Source: Macrostomum lignano
Taxonomy: Eukaryota
Length of the DNA stretch: 64,000 nt
Reading direction: 5' to 3'
NCBI GenBank assembly: GCA_002269645.1
Contig: NIVC01001823.1
Coordinates: 169,783 to 233,782, forward strand
How positions within the stretch are numbered: position 1 is the first letter of the stretch; each line of letters starts with the position of its first letter. The position numbers were made by a program, and so were the translations under genes. Under the pieces are notes generated by a model. That model did not search any database. It worked only from the letters and a program-made list of their open reading frames with translations, and was not told the origin of the DNA. Positions 60,176 to 64,000 of this stretch are shown here, piece after piece.

Positions 60176-61861
60176 GCAGCGGACAATTAAAATTGAACTA
60201 ATTATTTCATTTTAGCTTGCGCTTCGACTAATTGGAAGTTTTTTGCTTAATTAACAAGGCGGATTGGTTATATTAGTTATAACTTAATGAACTATTTTTG
60301 CTATTTGGCACAAGTTGCTAAGCAAATTTGATTTGTAAAAATTGCTTTGAGTACATGTATTACGAGTGTACTGATCCCATCAATGGGTATATGGCATAGT
60401 TTCATGAAATTATGAAATTGCTAAACTGCAGACGGTTCTGAAAAAGAAACTACTGAAGGTATTGCTTATGAGCATATAGCAGCAGACTGCTGAGAGGGAA
60501 AACTGCCAACTAATTGGGAGAAAATGGCAGACTTCTGAGGCTAATAACTAACTATTGAGTTTTGAGTAGATAATAACTGTGGAAATTAAGTACAAGTTGT
60601 TGAGGGGATTACCGTGGGCTGCTAAGTGAAATATTTTTGCTAAGGGGACAATTCTATGCCGCTGAGGGTATACATGCTTCATTTTAATAAAAGTTGTAGA
60701 ATGAAAAGTGGATGATGAATGCCGGCTGCTAAGGAATGACTGCAGTCTATTGTGCAAGATTAGATGAAGGGATAATTTCAGGTTGTTGTGGGGATAAATG
60801 TCGATTTCTGGGGGTTAGGTTCAAACTGCTAAAGTTAATAACTAGATTCTTTCGACCATTCTTTCCTGTTGAAGGGGCTTATACACTCGTAATTTATTAA
60901 GCTTAGAGATGTTCTGAGAATTCAATTTCAATTTTCTAAAATTTGAAATTTTTTAGAGCGAATTTCAATTTAGAAAAAAATTTAGAAGTGAAAATTTTGG
61001 TAGTGTCTAAAGAGTCGCTAAAAATAAACTACTTTCTACTACATATACATGTATTACTTTTTGCTTAAGCAGTAAATTGAAAGTAAAAAAGTGAGTGTTG
61101 ATCATACTAAACTTTGTTTTTCTGAATTATGATTTCGGGAAATTTCAATTTTGATTTTGGAAAGTTAGCAAATTTTGATTTCGACGAAACTGCAGATCTT
61201 TTGGAACATCTCTAATAATCCTAAAGCACGGTAAAATAGTTTGACTCTTTTCTAAAGTGCACGTCCGCGGGTTTTTAACATTTATTCCAATAGGGTACCA
61301 AATTTAAAAGACTAAGTGATGGATTGAAATTAGATTTCCATTAGTAATCTTCGCCCCCCCATTGGGGGACATCTGTATAGAATCTCTGTTCTCTACAAGT
61401 AACAAAAAGATAGCCAAATAAAGCCTTCACAAAGAAAAGACAAAATACTCAAATGAAGTGCAATGCAAAAAGAAATCATCCCAAGACAGCAACTAACTAA
61501 CTCCTAATCCAACCCATAATTTAATTTTATTTATTTTAGTTTAAAATTTTGGGCTAACATTATTTAAAAGTTTGCTTTATTCTGTACATACTTTGTCAAA
61601 GTAAATGTAAAAAATTGTGCATTCAATAGTCAGAATGATATTTAGACTCTTGCAATGTTTTAAATAATCAGTCAAAATAAGAGTCAGAATGATATTTAGA
61701 CTCTAGCAATAGTGTTTAATAGGGCTTAATCAGTCAGAATATTCTAACCATTATTTTGACTTGTAATTTAACCGCATTACAAGTCGGAATAATGGTTGGA
61801 ATATTCCGAGTTGGACAAAGTTTAAAAGGTGTAACTTGATAGATTGATAGGCCCATAAATC

Positions 61862-62228
61862 CTGGGTTTTTTTTCGCCAGAGACAAGGTGCGAAATCGCA
61901 CCTTGTGCTAAATTTCAAGGTGCGATTTTAAGGCTCAGAGTGCAATTTCTCTTGAGTCTTGTTTCAGACAACTGGGAATGTATATTTTAATATCTTACAT
62001 AAGGCTATAGCCTATAGCAATGGCATAGGCTATATCGCCTATATGACTTAATAGGATTTAAAGAGTTCTTTTGTTTCATATTTTAAGGCAGTGCATGAAA
62101 AATAGCTTAAGTATGGTTAAGCCTTTAAAGAAAAATGGTTATAAGACCGCACCTACTTTTTTAATTTCAGGGTGCGATTTTAAAATTTAGGGTGCATACA
62201 CACACTCTGCGCACAAAAAAAACCCTGC
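61862..62228. mobile_element. hAT-type MITE, 367 bp, with an 8-bp target-site duplication
   Basis: TIRs are c(t/a)gggtttttttt...cagag and ctctg...aaaaaaaaccctg. cataaatc lies at both 61854-61861 and 62229-62236. Internal ggtgcgattt subterminal repeats are present. Confidence 0.8.
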
Positions 62229-64000
62229 ATAAATCCAAGAAAATTTCTACTAAATATATAAATTTCGGTATGACTAAAATATATTTTACTTTCATGTCCA
62301 TGCTTTTGCTTGGACAAAATGGGCAGGCTTCAACCTTCAACACAACATTGAATTGAGACGATACGCTACTTGAATGAATTTAACACTAGGTAAGTTGACA
62401 GAAAGTGTCATGAAAGTTGATTTAAAAAGTAGCTAATTTACTAAAAAATAAAACTATTCATTAAAGTTCAATAAGTCTGTTTTTAAATATTGTACGTACT
62501 TAACACTAACTAATAAATTCTTTCCAAAAAACCTTTACAACTATAGTTATTGTTGTTAAAACAAGCCTTTTAGCTAAAACCCTGATGTTAAATTTAAATT
62601 ATGAACTTCTTGAATTCTCAAATTCGTCACACAGTGATATCTACGTACAGTACATGTATTATCCTAGCTTGTTGGTTGGGCGATGATCTCACGGTCTCTC
62701 GCCAAGGATCGCTGGGCAGTTAGACGTATATCAAGGACAACTGAAGTAGTAGGACGCAACACTCGCGTATCGTGTAACTTTATTGGAGGCCTGGTCTTCG
62801 ATCACATGTATGTAATTTTCGAATAGTTGCACGTAGAAAGCTAATCTAAGCTTTGCAGCCTACGATTTTGAGGATTTGGAGCATCACGACAGATGGCTGA
62901 TTCTCTCCGTACTAGTCCTTTTAGAAAAATGTTTGCCAATTGCCTAGATATTCCTTGTACATTGTTGATAGGCACTTCGTTGGTAGCGGTCGAATCCTAA
63001 GCTTATGTACGTAGAATTTTGTACGGCTTACGGGCCTCAAAAAAATTTCCACGAAAGCTGAGTGTCGCGTCTATATATAACGTAACTTCAGCTGTCCTTG
63101 ATGTATATATGTAGATCAGGTCGGACTGCTACATCTAGCTGCTATGTCCAAACATGAACAGAAAAAGTCGAATATCGCCCCTGGATCTCACTTATCAGTA
63201 ACGCGACCTCAGCTAGGGATATGTGCAAGGTCCTAAGAAGGACCCGGAAACTATTTAGTCCTTTTTGGGTCTAAACCATGGATGAAGCTGGAATAGAATT
63301 CTATTCCTTCATCAATGGTCTAAACTGCCATAAGCTCTAGCAGCAGAGATATCTGGTCGCAAAGTGGTTTGATCCTCCCATTTGTCTTTCCCCTGTACGG
63401 CATATATACATGTAGGAGAGTATCGAAGTGCATCACGTCACCTTATACCCTTGATTTAAAAAGGCATGGCACGTCTCCTAAAACACCTACTATACGGGCC
63501 GTTAGTCCTTGTGGTTAATTATTATTATTAAAGGGGTTTGCGCGGGGCCGCGGCTTAATCGCGGCGCTTGCGCTACTGTCATTAGTTTTTATGCATAGTG
63601 TACGAATTCTTTTTCCATTTTATATTAGCCGTAAATTTTAAAAATCTTAGAGCACAGACTTTGTTTTGTGAACGCAAAATTTTGCGCACTTAATTAAACA
63701 TACTTTCATGATCGCCGCTCCATTCACTTACAAAACCGAACCGGAGGTGCTTTCAAAGATTTAACTGTTCGAATATGAATTACCAGTTTTCCTTGGTGAA
63801 AAAACAAAATAGAAGTGTATATATTTTATATCTCATGATACTGCAGCTTATTTCAAATACGCTATTTTTGCTCTATGAGTAAAACTGCATGAGTAAAAAT
63901 GGTGAACTACAATATAGTTTTGAAACACTATAAGTGATACAGAAGTTATTTAAATAATCAGCGTTTGTTTTATAAATTGAAACTTTCAAAAGCGCTGTAA

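Overview
Repeat-rich animal (metazoan) genomic DNA. The GC-rich exons and minisatellite-filled introns suggest a free-living flatworm such as Macrostomum, which is inference only. Spliced protein-coding genes I could rebuild by hand, with in-frame GT-AG junctions: beta-catenin (+, 4 exons, 834 aa), an atonal-family bHLH (-, 2 exons, 174 aa), mitochondrial MnSOD/SOD2 (+, 2 exons, 238 aa), a 4-TM MARVEL protein (+, 3 exons, 193 aa) and RPS7 (-, 3 exons, 204 aa). There are also two tandem copies of an INSIG first coding exon (-) and a frameshifted LIN28-like remnant (-). About 25 different micro/minisatellite arrays occupy intergenic space and nearly every intron. Mobile DNA includes a foldback-type element, a Gypsy relic and a hAT MITE with an 8-bp TSD. 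The most striking feature is a three-part chimera in MARVEL intron 1: the 3' part of an R2-clade (restriction-like endonuclease) retrotransposon, joined to 70 nt of the conserved 18S rRNA core, joined to a 5'-truncated LINE. This points to an 18S-targeting (R8-like) element in this genome, captured by RT template switching. Most long ORFs in the supplied track are artefacts of stop-free tandem repeats.
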